Made by a program: the position numbers and the translations under genes
Notes under the pieces: generated by a model
What the model saw: only the letters and a program-made list of their open reading frames with translations
Database searches by the model: none
Told to the model about the DNA's origin: nothing
Source of the DNA: Thermoanaerobaculia bacterium
GTDB lineage: Bacteria; Acidobacteriota; Thermoanaerobaculia; UBA5066
Direction of reading: 5' to 3'
DNA: 64,000 nucleotides
Assembly (NCBI GenBank): GCA_963816185.1
Contig: CAWFJJ010000029.1
Span: 288,001-352,000 of the forward strand
Part shown: positions 1 through 8,184 of the stretch, in pieces
Layout: each line of letters begins with the position of its first letter
Position numbering within the stretch: the stretch's first letter is position 1

Positions 1-230
1 CCAAGGACGGTTCCGGCGGCAACGTCCGGCAGTCCTGGAATCCCGGCAACGGGTTCCTGGCCGGTGTTCCGGTCGGACGGGCGGCCATCAACGGCACGGG
101 CACCCAGGACTGCTCGTGCTCGGCGTCGGCGGCTCCGGTGAAGTCGGCGATGGCGCTGGTGCCCATGCTGCCGGTCGGTCTGCTGTGGATCTACAGGCGG
201 AGGCGCCGCGCCGCGGGCGAGCGAGGGTGA
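1..230 (+). CDS. C-terminal fragment of a protein with a MYXO-CTERM-like sorting tail (partial, starts before the window)
   Basis: Frame 3 (not in the ORF track) reads KDGSGGNVRQSWNPGNGFLAGVPVGRAAINGTGTQDCSCSASAAPVKSAMALVPMLPVGLLWIYRRRRRAAGERG*, TGA at 228-230: Gly-rich linker, CSC motif, hydrophobic stretch, Arg cluster. Confidence 0.75.
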   Translation, partial: KDGSGGNVRQSWNPGNGFLAGVPVGRAAINGTGTQDCSCSASAAPVKSAMALVPMLPVGLLWIYRRRRRAAGERG

Positions 231-239
231 GAATGCCTC

Positions 240-1118
240 GTGCGACCGCGGTTAATCGAGGTTCTGAACCGCCACTTCCACGGTGAGGTGTTCCAGTTCC
301 TCGTTCCCGATCCCGCCGTGGTGTACGCCGTCATGCTGGGATTGGGGATCTGGCTCTTCGTCAGACGCTGCGAGCGCAGCGGCTTGTCGTGGGAGCACGC
401 AACCGGCGTGGCGCTCTGGGCCTCTCTGGCCGCCGTCCTAGGCGCGCGATTGTTCTATCTGATCCAGCATCTGGGGCATACGGTTTCTCATCCTTCGATC
501 CTTCTCGAGATCAACGGCGCGACCGTGTCCTTCGGGGTCTATGTCGGCGGCGTCCTGGGTGCGCTGCTCTACTCCCGCGTGAAGCATTTCGCGCCCCTTC
601 CGTACCTCGACGCATTTGCCTCCGTCCTCGGCATCGGACCTTTGATCGGCCGCTGCGCGTGTTTCCTCAACGGCGACGACTACGGGAAGGTGTCGAGTGT
701 CCCCTGGGCCGTGCGGTTTCCTCACGGCAGCTATCCTTTTCTCGATCACGTTCGGCGAGGGTGGATCAGTCCCATGGAAGACCTGTCCCTGCCGGTTCAT
801 CCGGTGCAGCTCTACCTGTCGCTCAAAGGGCTCGTCCTGCTCGTCGTCTTCTCGGTGCTCTGGAGAAAGAGATACTTCAAGCCAGGCGTCGTGTTCCTGC
901 TGTTCTGGATCTGCTATTCGTCCGCCCGCTTCGGTCTGGAGTTCTTCAGAGGTGACGAGGACCGCGGATGGATTGGCGGGTGGTCGACCGGTCAGGTCTT
1001 CTCGGTGCTGATCGCGGCCGTGGCTCTCGCCGGGATCGTCGTGTGTTTCCGAGGGAGGATCAGGGCGGAAGGAGTTCCGGGGAAAGCAGAAGGGGTGATG
1101 CCGCTCACGCTCGAGTGA
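240..1118 (+). CDS. lgt: Prolipoprotein diacylglyceryl transferase (Lgt) family protein, divergent
   Basis: Motifs LGARLFY, GRCACFLNGDDYGK, PWAVRFP, HPVQLY, RFGLEFFRGD; multiple TM segments. Confidence 0.85.
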   Translation: MRPRLIEVLNRHFHGEVFQFLVPDPAVVYAVMLGLGIWLFVRRCERSGLSWEHATGVALWASLAAVLGARLFYLIQHLGHTVSHPSILLEINGATVSFGVYVGGVLGALLYSRVKHFAPLPYLDAFASVLGIGPLIGRCACFLNGDDYGKVSSVPWAVRFPHGSYPFLDHVRRGWISPMEDLSLPVHPVQLYLSLKGLVLLVVFSVLWRKRYFKPGVVFLLFWICYSSARFGLEFFRGDEDRGWIGGWSTGQVFSVLIAAVALAGIVVCFRGRIRAEGVPGKAEGVMPLTLE

Positions 1119-1208
1119 GCTGACCGCACTTTCCCGGGAATGAACTCGTCGCCGCCTGGGGGAATATTCGGCGGAAGCCTTCGGTCTCCTAGTCTAGGAG
1201 CCTCTCCA

Positions 1209-3515
1209 ATGCGCAATGCCTGTGTGCGAGTCGGGATCCTCGTCGGAATCGCCGTAGCGTCCGCCGCGCTTCTCGGCGCGAGGCCGGCTCGTCGATCGCT
1301 TCTCGCGGTGGCGATTCCGAACCCGATCCTATTCGTCACGCAGGTGCCCGTGCCGGGCGACTTCACGACCGTCGCGTCGGTGTTCGGGAACGCGACGGGC
1401 GGCGTCGCGGCCGCGCCGCGCGGCGGCGATCTCTGGATCCAGTATCCGGACGGGACGCGCAAGAACCTGACGCAGGTCGCGGGATTCGGGCAGACGGGCT
1501 CGCAGGGCGGCGGCGGCATCGCGGTGCGCGAGCCCTCGGTCCACTGGAGCGGGACGAAGGCCGTCTTCTCGATGGTGATCGGCGCGCCGACCGCGCAGTT
1601 CGTGCAGGGAACCTGGTTCTGGCAGCTCTACGAGGTGACGGGCCTGGGCGAGGCCGACACGCCCGTCATTACGAAGGTCCCGAACCAGCCGGCCGGCTTC
1701 GACAACGTCGCGCCCGTCTACGGCACGGACGAGCGGATCCTCTTTGCGTCGGACCGGCCGCGGAACGGCGCCGCGCATCTCTACCCGCAGCTCGACGAGT
1801 ACGAGGAAGCTCCGACGGTGACGGGTCTCTGGAGCCTGAACCCTTCGACGGGCGACCTCACGATGCTGAACCACTCGCCGAGCGGCCTCTTCTCGCCGAC
1901 GATCGACTCCTTCGGGCGGCTCGTCTTCACGCGCTGGGATCACCTCCAGCGCGACCAGCAGGCCGACGGGGACGGCCCGGCCGGCCCGTTCGACCAGGCG
2001 AATCCGTACGGCACGTTCAACTTCGCCGACGAGTCGGCCGGGGCCGCGCGCCTGGCGACGCGGGCCGAGGTCTATCCCGAGCCGCGCGGCGAGAGGACGG
2101 ACCTTCTCGCCGGGACGAATCTCGTGGGGCACTCGCTGAACCACTTCTTCCCCTGGCAGATCCGCGAGAACGGGACCGAGGAAGAGACCCTGAACCACAT
2201 CGGGCGGCACGAGCTGCACGACTTCTTCAGCCGCGTCTTCGACGACGACGCGAACATCGTGGACTTCACGGCGGCGACGTCGGGCCGCGTCAACCCGAAT
2301 CCCATCCGGAACTTCCTCCAGATCAAGGAGGACCCCGCGACCCCCGGCCGCTTCTTCGGGATCGACGCGCCGGAGTTCCAGACGCACGCGGGCGGGCAGA
2401 TCGTGCGGATGGACCTCCCGCTCGGCGCGCACCCGGACCAGATCCAGGTCGTTTACGTGACGAACCGCGCGACGGCGAATCCACGGCTCGATACCGACCC
2501 GGTGCCGCCGGGACATTCGGGCTTCTATCGGAACCCGCTGCCGCTCTCGGACGGCACGCTCCTGACCGTCCACACGAGCGAGACGCGCGCCGACGCGAAC
2601 GAGGGCACGGCCGCATCGCCGGTCTCGCGCTATTCGTTCCGGATCCAGTCGCTCGCGCCGGCAGGCGACGGCACCCTCGTCGCGGACCAGATGCTCACGA
2701 CGGGGATCGTGAAGAGCGTCGCGTACTGGGATCCGGACACCCGGGTGACGTACACGGACGTGACGCTCTGGGAGCTCGACCCGGTCGAGGTGAAGCCGCG
2801 TGCGAAGCCCGTGGCGCCCGCGTCGCCGCTCCCGGCGCTGGAGGCCTCGATCTTCTCGCAGGAGGGTGTGGATCCCGCGGCGTTCGAGGCCTGGCTCGCG
2901 CAGAAGAATCTCGCGGTGATCGTGAGCCGCGACGTGACGACGCGCGACGCCCTCGACCAGCAGCAGCCGTTCAACCTCCGGATCGCGGGAACGGCGCACC
3001 AGACCGCACCCACCGGCGGCAAGCTCTACGACGTGGCGCACCTTCAGCTCTTTCAGGCCGACCAAATCCGCGGCGTCGGAGGCACGACGAGCCCGAGGTC
3101 CGGGCGCCGCGTTCTCGCGCAGGTGATGCACGAGCCCATGGTGATCGCCACGAACCTCCCGAACCCGGGCGGGCCGCCCGGAAGCGTCCGCCTCGGGAAC
3201 GACGGCTCCATGGCGGCGTTCGTGCCCGCGCACCGAGCCGTCACGTGGCAGATGACCGATCCGGCGGGGACGCCCGTCGTCAGAGAGCGCTACTGGCTGA
3301 CGTTCCAGCCGGGCGAGGTCCGCGTCTGCACGTCGTGTCACGGCCTCTCGAGTCACGACCAGTTGGGCAATCCCGAGTCATTGAACGCCCCGGAGGCGCT
3401 GCGCCAGATCGTCCGTTACTACCGCGACGTCCTCAACCCGGCCTCGAGCCACCGTCACGTCGAGCTTCTTCACCCTGACGGCGTGCCGCGCTCCTCGATA
3501 CGCGTGGCGCGGTAG
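1209..3515 (+). CDS. Secreted beta-propeller protein with a hydrazine-synthase-alpha-like middle domain and one c-type heme motif
   Basis: AGGAG at 1196-1200 before ATG 1209; signal-like N-terminus; PD40-like segments (VREPSVHWSGTKAVFSM, GRLVFTRW); DGSMAAFVPA...FQPGEVRVCTSCHG (CxxCH). Confidence 0.7.
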   Translation: MRNACVRVGILVGIAVASAALLGARPARRSLLAVAIPNPILFVTQVPVPGDFTTVASVFGNATGGVAAAPRGGDLWIQYPDGTRKNLTQVAGFGQTGSQGGGGIAVREPSVHWSGTKAVFSMVIGAPTAQFVQGTWFWQLYEVTGLGEADTPVITKVPNQPAGFDNVAPVYGTDERILFASDRPRNGAAHLYPQLDEYEEAPTVTGLWSLNPSTGDLTMLNHSPSGLFSPTIDSFGRLVFTRWDHLQRDQQADGDGPAGPFDQANPYGTFNFADESAGAARLATRAEVYPEPRGERTDLLAGTNLVGHSLNHFFPWQIRENGTEEETLNHIGRHELHDFFSRVFDDDANIVDFTAATSGRVNPNPIRNFLQIKEDPATPGRFFGIDAPEFQTHAGGQIVRMDLPLGAHPDQIQVVYVTNRATANPRLDTDPVPPGHSGFYRNPLPLSDGTLLTVHTSETRADANEGTAASPVSRYSFRIQSLAPAGDGTLVADQMLTTGIVKSVAYWDPDTRVTYTDVTLWELDPVEVKPRAKPVAPASPLPALEASIFSQEGVDPAAFEAWLAQKNLAVIVSRDVTTRDALDQQQPFNLRIAGTAHQTAPTGGKLYDVAHLQLFQADQIRGVGGTTSPRSGRRVLAQVMHEPMVIATNLPNPGGPPGSVRLGNDGSMAAFVPAHRAVTWQMTDPAGTPVVRERYWLTFQPGEVRVCTSCHGLSSHDQLGNPESLNAPEALRQIVRYYRDVLNPASSHRHVELLHPDGVPRSSIRVAR

Positions 3516-3576
3516 GCCCGCTCGGCGCCGTCCCATGTGATCCTCGACGTCTTCGGCTACTACCGCTGAGGGAGCG

Positions 3577-3966
3577 CTACCGAGGCAGCTGCTCCAACCG
3601 GATGCCCTTGCCCGCCTGAAGCGCCTTCCGAGCTGCAGCTACGCGCTTGAGGAAGCGCGGGCTCGAAGTCGAGGCACGCTTCCGGGGGCCGGACATGGGC
3701 CGACGCGCGAGTCTCGCCTTGTTGAGCTCGTAGTCGGCTTCGAGCCGGATCCAGAGCTCCGCGCTCGTCCCGAGGGCGTCCGCCAGCTCGAGAGCGGTGC
3801 CCCCGGTGATCCTCTTCCGGCCCCGGACAATCTCGTTGATGGCTTGAAGCGGTCGATGCATGAGGCGCGCAAGGCGAGACTGGGTGAGGCCTCTCGCCTC
3901 CAGTTCCTCGGCGAGAACGTCTCCCGGCGGGATCGCGACGTCAGGCCACGCACGTTCAGTCGCCAT
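3577..3966 (-). CDS. higA: HigA family antitoxin (Xre HTH) with a C-terminal extension
   Basis: PPGDVLAEELEARGLTQSRLA...INEIVRGRKRIT..TALELADALGTSAELWIRLEADYEL; downstream of the toxin gene. Confidence 0.92.
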   Translation of the reverse strand: MATERAWPDVAIPPGDVLAEELEARGLTQSRLARLMHRPLQAINEIVRGRKRITGGTALELADALGTSAELWIRLEADYELNKARLARRPMSGPRKRASTSSPRFLKRVAAARKALQAGKGIRLEQLPR

Positions 3967-4258
3967 AGTGCTTGCTCACTTCCTCGACGCGTACGATCGT
4001 CCACGCGTCGTCCTCGAAAGCCACGATGAGCCGCTCCCGGTCGCCGAGACGGATCGCGTACTGGCCCCGGCGCTCGCCCTTGAGGGGGTGAATGTCCAGA
4101 GCCTTCAAAGCGAAAAGATCCCGGCCATCCCTCGCGGCCCACAACGTGTTGATGCGCTGGATGTACGTACGCCCCACCTTCTGGCCCCATTCGCGTTGCG
4201 CGAGCCGGATCTCGCGGTAACAGCGCTCGAGCCGGCTGGTGGCGAAACGGACGACCAC
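3956..4258 (-). CDS. higB: HigB (RelE/ParE family) toxin
   Basis: MVVRFATSRLERCY...IHPLKGERRGQYAIRLGDRERLIVAF...VEEVSKHYGD; overlaps higA; toxin-first gene order. Confidence 0.9.
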   Translation of the reverse strand: MVVRFATSRLERCYREIRLAQREWGQKVGRTYIQRINTLWAARDGRDLFALKALDIHPLKGERRGQYAIRLGDRERLIVAFEDDAWTIVRVEEVSKHYGD

Positions 4259-4266
4259 TCTCGCGT

Positions 4267-4295
4267 AACCTACCCTTTCACCCTAAGGGTGTCAA
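4267..4295 (-). promoter_or_regulatory. sigma70 promoter of higBA with an operator palindrome
   Basis: Minus strand TTGACA-N17-TAGGTT, ending 8 nt before the GTG start; palindrome CACCCT-A-AGGGTG at 4279-4291 overlaps the -35 and spacer. Confidence 0.75.
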
Positions 4296-4432
4296 ACATT
4301 CTCTCCTGAGTCTTCGAGAGGTAGGAAAGCGCCGCCGAGATCATGCGCAGCACGTAGCGAGGAGACGACCGCGCCGATCGCTCCGTTGCCAACGCCTTTA
4401 TGCTCGCGGTCGAGGTCGATGGGGGGACCCTG

Positions 4433-4948
4433 ATGCGTTTCAAGCTGCGTTTTCCCGTTTCCGCGATCGAGAAGTGGGCCGAGGGGTTTTCCGATGCCTC
4501 GGATTCCTTCATCGAGAAGGACATCGCACCCGCGGCGCGCCGGCAGGGATATCTGACGCGCGACCAGTTTCTGAAGATCGCGGAGTGGAAGACGCCGCGG
4601 TCGAGACCCAGGTGCGAAAAGAACGACGCAGAGTTCGTCGAGGAAGCAACGCGCGCGGCGCTGAGCTCGAAGAACGAGCGGTTCAAGGTCCAGGCGCTTC
4701 GGCTTCTGGACGGAGTCGAATGGCCGACCGCGTCCGTCATCCTCCACTTCTGCGACCGAGGCCGATACCCGATTCTCGACGTCAGGGCGCTGTGGTCCGC
4801 GGGCCTCGACGCCACGCCCTCCTACGGGTTCGCGTTTTGGATTGAGTACACCGAGTTCCTGCGCGGGGTAGCGGCGGACGCGGGCGTGTCGATGCGCACT
4901 CTCGACAGGGCGCTGTGGCAGTACTCGAAGGTGAAGCAGAAGCGTTAA
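4433..4948 (+). CDS. Hypothetical protein with a helix-hairpin-helix (HhH-GPD glycosylase-like) motif
   Basis: EWK motif, LRLLDGVEWPTASVIL followed by YPILD, C-terminal RTLDRALW. Confidence 0.6.
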   Translation: MRFKLRFPVSAIEKWAEGFSDASDSFIEKDIAPAARRQGYLTRDQFLKIAEWKTPRSRPRCEKNDAEFVEEATRAALSSKNERFKVQALRLLDGVEWPTASVILHFCDRGRYPILDVRALWSAGLDATPSYGFAFWIEYTEFLRGVAADAGVSMRTLDRALWQYSKVKQKR

Positions 4949-5121
4949 CTAGAGACGTCGTCGTAGTGCTCGAAGGCGACCCCGCGCGCTCGTGCGAGAT
5001 TCCTGACCGCGATCATCGGGAAGACTGCATGGCTCGAGAGCCTGAAGAATCCTCCATGGACAATGTCGTCCCGGAGATTCGATGCAATCCGCCGGCCGCG
5101 GCGGGCGCCCTTGGACCAGGG

Positions 5122-5571
5122 CTATCTGTCCGGGACCGTCAGTGGACTCTTGAAGTCAGGTTCACCGTTCTTGATGGGATAGAAGATGACGTAAGTCGAC
5201 GTCGAGCAATCCGGCTTGCCTGGCGGAGCTGCTGCGACTCTCGCTGCGGCTGTGGCGAGGCCTGCGACCGCCGTAATCGTCTCCGGGATCTTCGTGTCGG
5301 TCTTCTGGCCGACCGACTGGAGCATTCCGTTGGCGAGAGAGGCGGAGAGATCGGCCGTACCGTAGCCGGAATGGAAGGCAAGGGTCTTCTTCTCGCCAGG
5401 GAGGACGAGGACGGCGGCGGTGACCTTGCAATCGGCCGCTTTCGACACGGCCAGATAGGGCTTCGGCTCGAAATAGGTAAGGCCTGGTCCCTTGGCATCG
5501 AATTCGAGATTGGCGCACCCGGATAAGGCGAGGGCCAGGAAGAGGGAGGCACCGATTCGGGTATTTCTCAA
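5122..5571 (-). CDS. Hypothetical lipoprotein
   Basis: Signal peptide ending in LALSGC lipobox; last gene of the efflux operon. Confidence 0.7.
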   Translation of the reverse strand: MRNTRIGASLFLALALSGCANLEFDAKGPGLTYFEPKPYLAVSKAADCKVTAAVLVLPGEKKTLAFHSGYGTADLSASLANGMLQSVGQKTDTKIPETITAVAGLATAAARVAAAPPGKPDCSTSTYVIFYPIKNGEPDFKSPLTVPDR

Positions 5572-5574
5572 GGG

Positions 5575-7122
5575 TCATCTCCTCATGGGTTTCCGGATTC
5601 CCGGTGAAAGCATCATGGTGAACGGCAGGAACACGACGAAGGCGAACATCAGCATCCAGAAGACGTCCACGTATGCCTTCGCGGCAGCCTGCCGCGAAAG
5701 GCTCCCTTCGATGAGTCCCAGCGACAGGGAGCGGACGGTTTCGGGATCGAGGCCCGAAACGACAGAGAGCCCGTGCGCCGTCGCGGAGAGGCGCTGCTGG
5801 ACGATGGAGCTGTAGGCCGAGATGTGCTCGACGAGGCGCGCATGGTGGGTCTGCGAGTGCCGGGCGAGGACGGTGGCGGACAGGGCGATGCCGATCGAGC
5901 CGCCTTCGTTCCGAAGGAGGTTGAAGAGGCCCGTGGCCTGACCCATCTTCTGGGGTGAGAGGTGCGAGAAGGCCGCCGTGCTGATCGGGACGAAGAGGAA
6001 CCCGAGGCCGAACCCCTGCACGAGACGCGAGAACATGACGTACTTGAAGTCGACGTTCAGGTCGACGCCGCGGAGGAGCCAGAGGGCGTAGAGGTTCAGG
6101 AGCGCCCCCACGAGGACGAGGAGCCGCGTGTCGACCTTGCCGATCAGGTTCGCCACGATGACCATCGCGAGGAGCGAGGCGATCCCCCCCGGCGACAGGA
6201 CGAGCCCCGCCCACGTCGCCGTGTAGCCGAGCATCGTCTGGGCGAAGAGCGGGAGCATCGTGAACGCGCCGAAGAGCCCGAAGCCGAGGAGGAACATCAG
6301 GATCGTCCCCGAGGCGAAGGCCCGGTCGTTGAAGACGCGGAGGTCCACGAGCGGCCGTTCGGCCGTGAAGGAGCGCCAAATGAAGAGGGCGATCCCGGTC
6401 AGCGAAGCGAGGGCGAAGAGGCTGATGAAACGGCTCTCGAACCAGTCGTAGCGCTGGCCCCGGTTCAGGACCACCTCGAGGCTCCCGAGGCCGATGCAGA
6501 TGAAGGCGAAGCTCATGAAGTCCACCCGCCCCTCAGGGCGCTTCAGGTGCGACGGCTCGGTGATGTGCATCAGGCCGAGGACGATCCCGAGGATGCCGAC
6601 CGGGATGTTGATGTAGAAGACCCAGGGCCAGCCCCAGTTGTCCGTGATCCAGCCCCCCAGCGTCGGGCCGATGATCGGGCCGAAGACGACGCCCACCCCG
6701 AACATCGCCATCGCCTTGCCGCGCTCCTCCGGAGGGAAGGCTTCGAGGAGGATCGCCTGCGACATCGGTACCATCGCCCCGCCGGCGAACCCCTGGACGA
6801 CCCGCATGACGACGAGGAAGGGGAGCGACGGAGCGGCTCCGGAGCCGAGCGACGCGAGCGTGAAAATGCCGAGGCACCAGAGGTAGAAGCGCCTCCGGCC
6901 GAAGTAGTTCGCGAGCCAGCCCGTGATCGGCAGGATGACGGCGTTGGCCACGAGGTACGAGGTGATGACCCAGGTGATCTCGTCCACGCTGGCCGAGAAG
7001 GTCCCCTGCATGTGCGGGAGCGACACGTTGGCGACGGAGGTGTCCACGACCTCCATCAGCGTGCCGAGCATGGAGGTGAAGGCGATGAGGTACCGGCTCG
7101 TCGTCTTCGCGTTTTCGGCCAT
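5575..7122 (-). CDS. DHA2 family MFS efflux permease (EmrB-like)
   Basis: VDTSVANVSLPHM, WVITSYLVANA, GPIIGPTLGGWITDN; about 14 TM segments. Confidence 0.95.
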   Translation of the reverse strand: MAENAKTTSRYLIAFTSMLGTLMEVVDTSVANVSLPHMQGTFSASVDEITWVITSYLVANAVILPITGWLANYFGRRRFYLWCLGIFTLASLGSGAAPSLPFLVVMRVVQGFAGGAMVPMSQAILLEAFPPEERGKAMAMFGVGVVFGPIIGPTLGGWITDNWGWPWVFYINIPVGILGIVLGLMHITEPSHLKRPEGRVDFMSFAFICIGLGSLEVVLNRGQRYDWFESRFISLFALASLTGIALFIWRSFTAERPLVDLRVFNDRAFASGTILMFLLGFGLFGAFTMLPLFAQTMLGYTATWAGLVLSPGGIASLLAMVIVANLIGKVDTRLLVLVGALLNLYALWLLRGVDLNVDFKYVMFSRLVQGFGLGFLFVPISTAAFSHLSPQKMGQATGLFNLLRNEGGSIGIALSATVLARHSQTHHARLVEHISAYSSIVQQRLSATAHGLSVVSGLDPETVRSLSLGLIEGSLSRQAAAKAYVDVFWMLMFAFVVFLPFTMMLSPGIRKPMRR

Positions 7123-7139
7123 CGCGTCGTGCCGCGCTC

Positions 7140-8183
7140 TCAGCCCGGGACGGGAGTCGCCCGGACGGGCGCGGACGCCGGCATCTCCGCCGGCCTTGCC
7201 AGGGTGTCGACCTCGACGTGGACGGAGAGACCGAGCCGGAGCGATCCGTCCCCGTTGCTCGCGGGATCGATGGCGATCCGGACGGGGAGGCGCTGAACGA
7301 TCTTGACCCAGTTCCCGGTCGCGTTCTCCGCCGGCAACAGCGCGAATGCCGCGCCCGTTCCCGCGCTGATGCTGTCGACCCGGCCGCTGTACGTGCGGTC
7401 CGGATTTACGTCGGTCCGGAAAGTGGCGGGCTGGCCGACCCGGATGTGCTTCAGCTCGGTCTCCTTGAAGTTCGCCTCCACCCAGATGTGGTCGCCCGTC
7501 AGCGGGACGATGGCGCAGAGGGGCTGTCCCGGCGCGACGACCTGGCCCGCCGTCGCGGACAGCTTGCTGATGACCCCGTCCACGATCGTCGTGATCGTGC
7601 AGTAGGAACGGTTCAGCTGGGCGTTCCTCAGGCGCGACTCCTGGACCCGGACCTTTTGGTCCGCCACGCCGAGGTCGGCCTCCTTGGCCGCCAGCGCCTT
7701 CCGTGCAGCGTCCAGATCGGCGGCGGCGACCGACTCGGCGGCCACGGCGTCGTCGAACCGGGCCCTCGGAATCGAGTTCTTCCGGTTCAGCTCCGAGTAG
7801 CGGGCGAGGTTCGTCCGGGCCAGCTCGAGGCGACTCGCGTCCGCGGCGGATTTCGCGCGCTTCTCCTCGATCTCGGCCCGGCGGGTGGCGAGGGTCGCGC
7901 GCGCCTCGCCGAGAGCCGTCTCGACCTGCTCCACCTGCGCGTCGGCGTCGCGCGGGTCGAGCGTGGCGAGGATCTGCCCCTGCCGGACCTCCTGGTTCTC
8001 GACCACGTCAATCGTCAGCAGGGTTCCCGGAACGCGGGAGGAGACGGCGTAGACGTCGCCGCTGACGTAGGCGTCCTCGGTATTCGGGTGGACCTGCGAG
8101 TGCTTCCACCTCCGCCAGCCGGCCACGGCGATGGCGAGAACGACGGCGAGGATGACGGCGAGGCTGATCCACTTCCGGGCCAT
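7140..8183 (-). CDS. HlyD/EmrA family membrane fusion protein
   Basis: TEDAYV, WVEANFKETEL, GTGAAFALLPAENATGNWVKIVQRLPVRI. Confidence 0.95.
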   Translation of the reverse strand: MARKWISLAVILAVVLAIAVAGWRRWKHSQVHPNTEDAYVSGDVYAVSSRVPGTLLTIDVVENQEVRQGQILATLDPRDADAQVEQVETALGEARATLATRRAEIEEKRAKSAADASRLELARTNLARYSELNRKNSIPRARFDDAVAAESVAAADLDAARKALAAKEADLGVADQKVRVQESRLRNAQLNRSYCTITTIVDGVISKLSATAGQVVAPGQPLCAIVPLTGDHIWVEANFKETELKHIRVGQPATFRTDVNPDRTYSGRVDSISAGTGAAFALLPAENATGNWVKIVQRLPVRIAIDPASNGDGSLRLGLSVHVEVDTLARPAEMPASAPVRATPVPG

Positions 8184-8184
8184 G

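Noticed and set aside
1329-3356. Long antisense and alternate-frame ORFs throughout (e.g. 1329-3356, 37067-39151, 51947-53842, 58113-60782)
   Set aside because: Shadow ORFs of high-GC genes; Arg/Pro/Ala-rich, no motifs, and fully overlapping well-supported genes
1209-3515. Evidence for anammox metabolism
   Set aside because: Only a distant HzsA-like domain; no hzsB/hzsC or hao-like genes, and the context is not planctomycete-like
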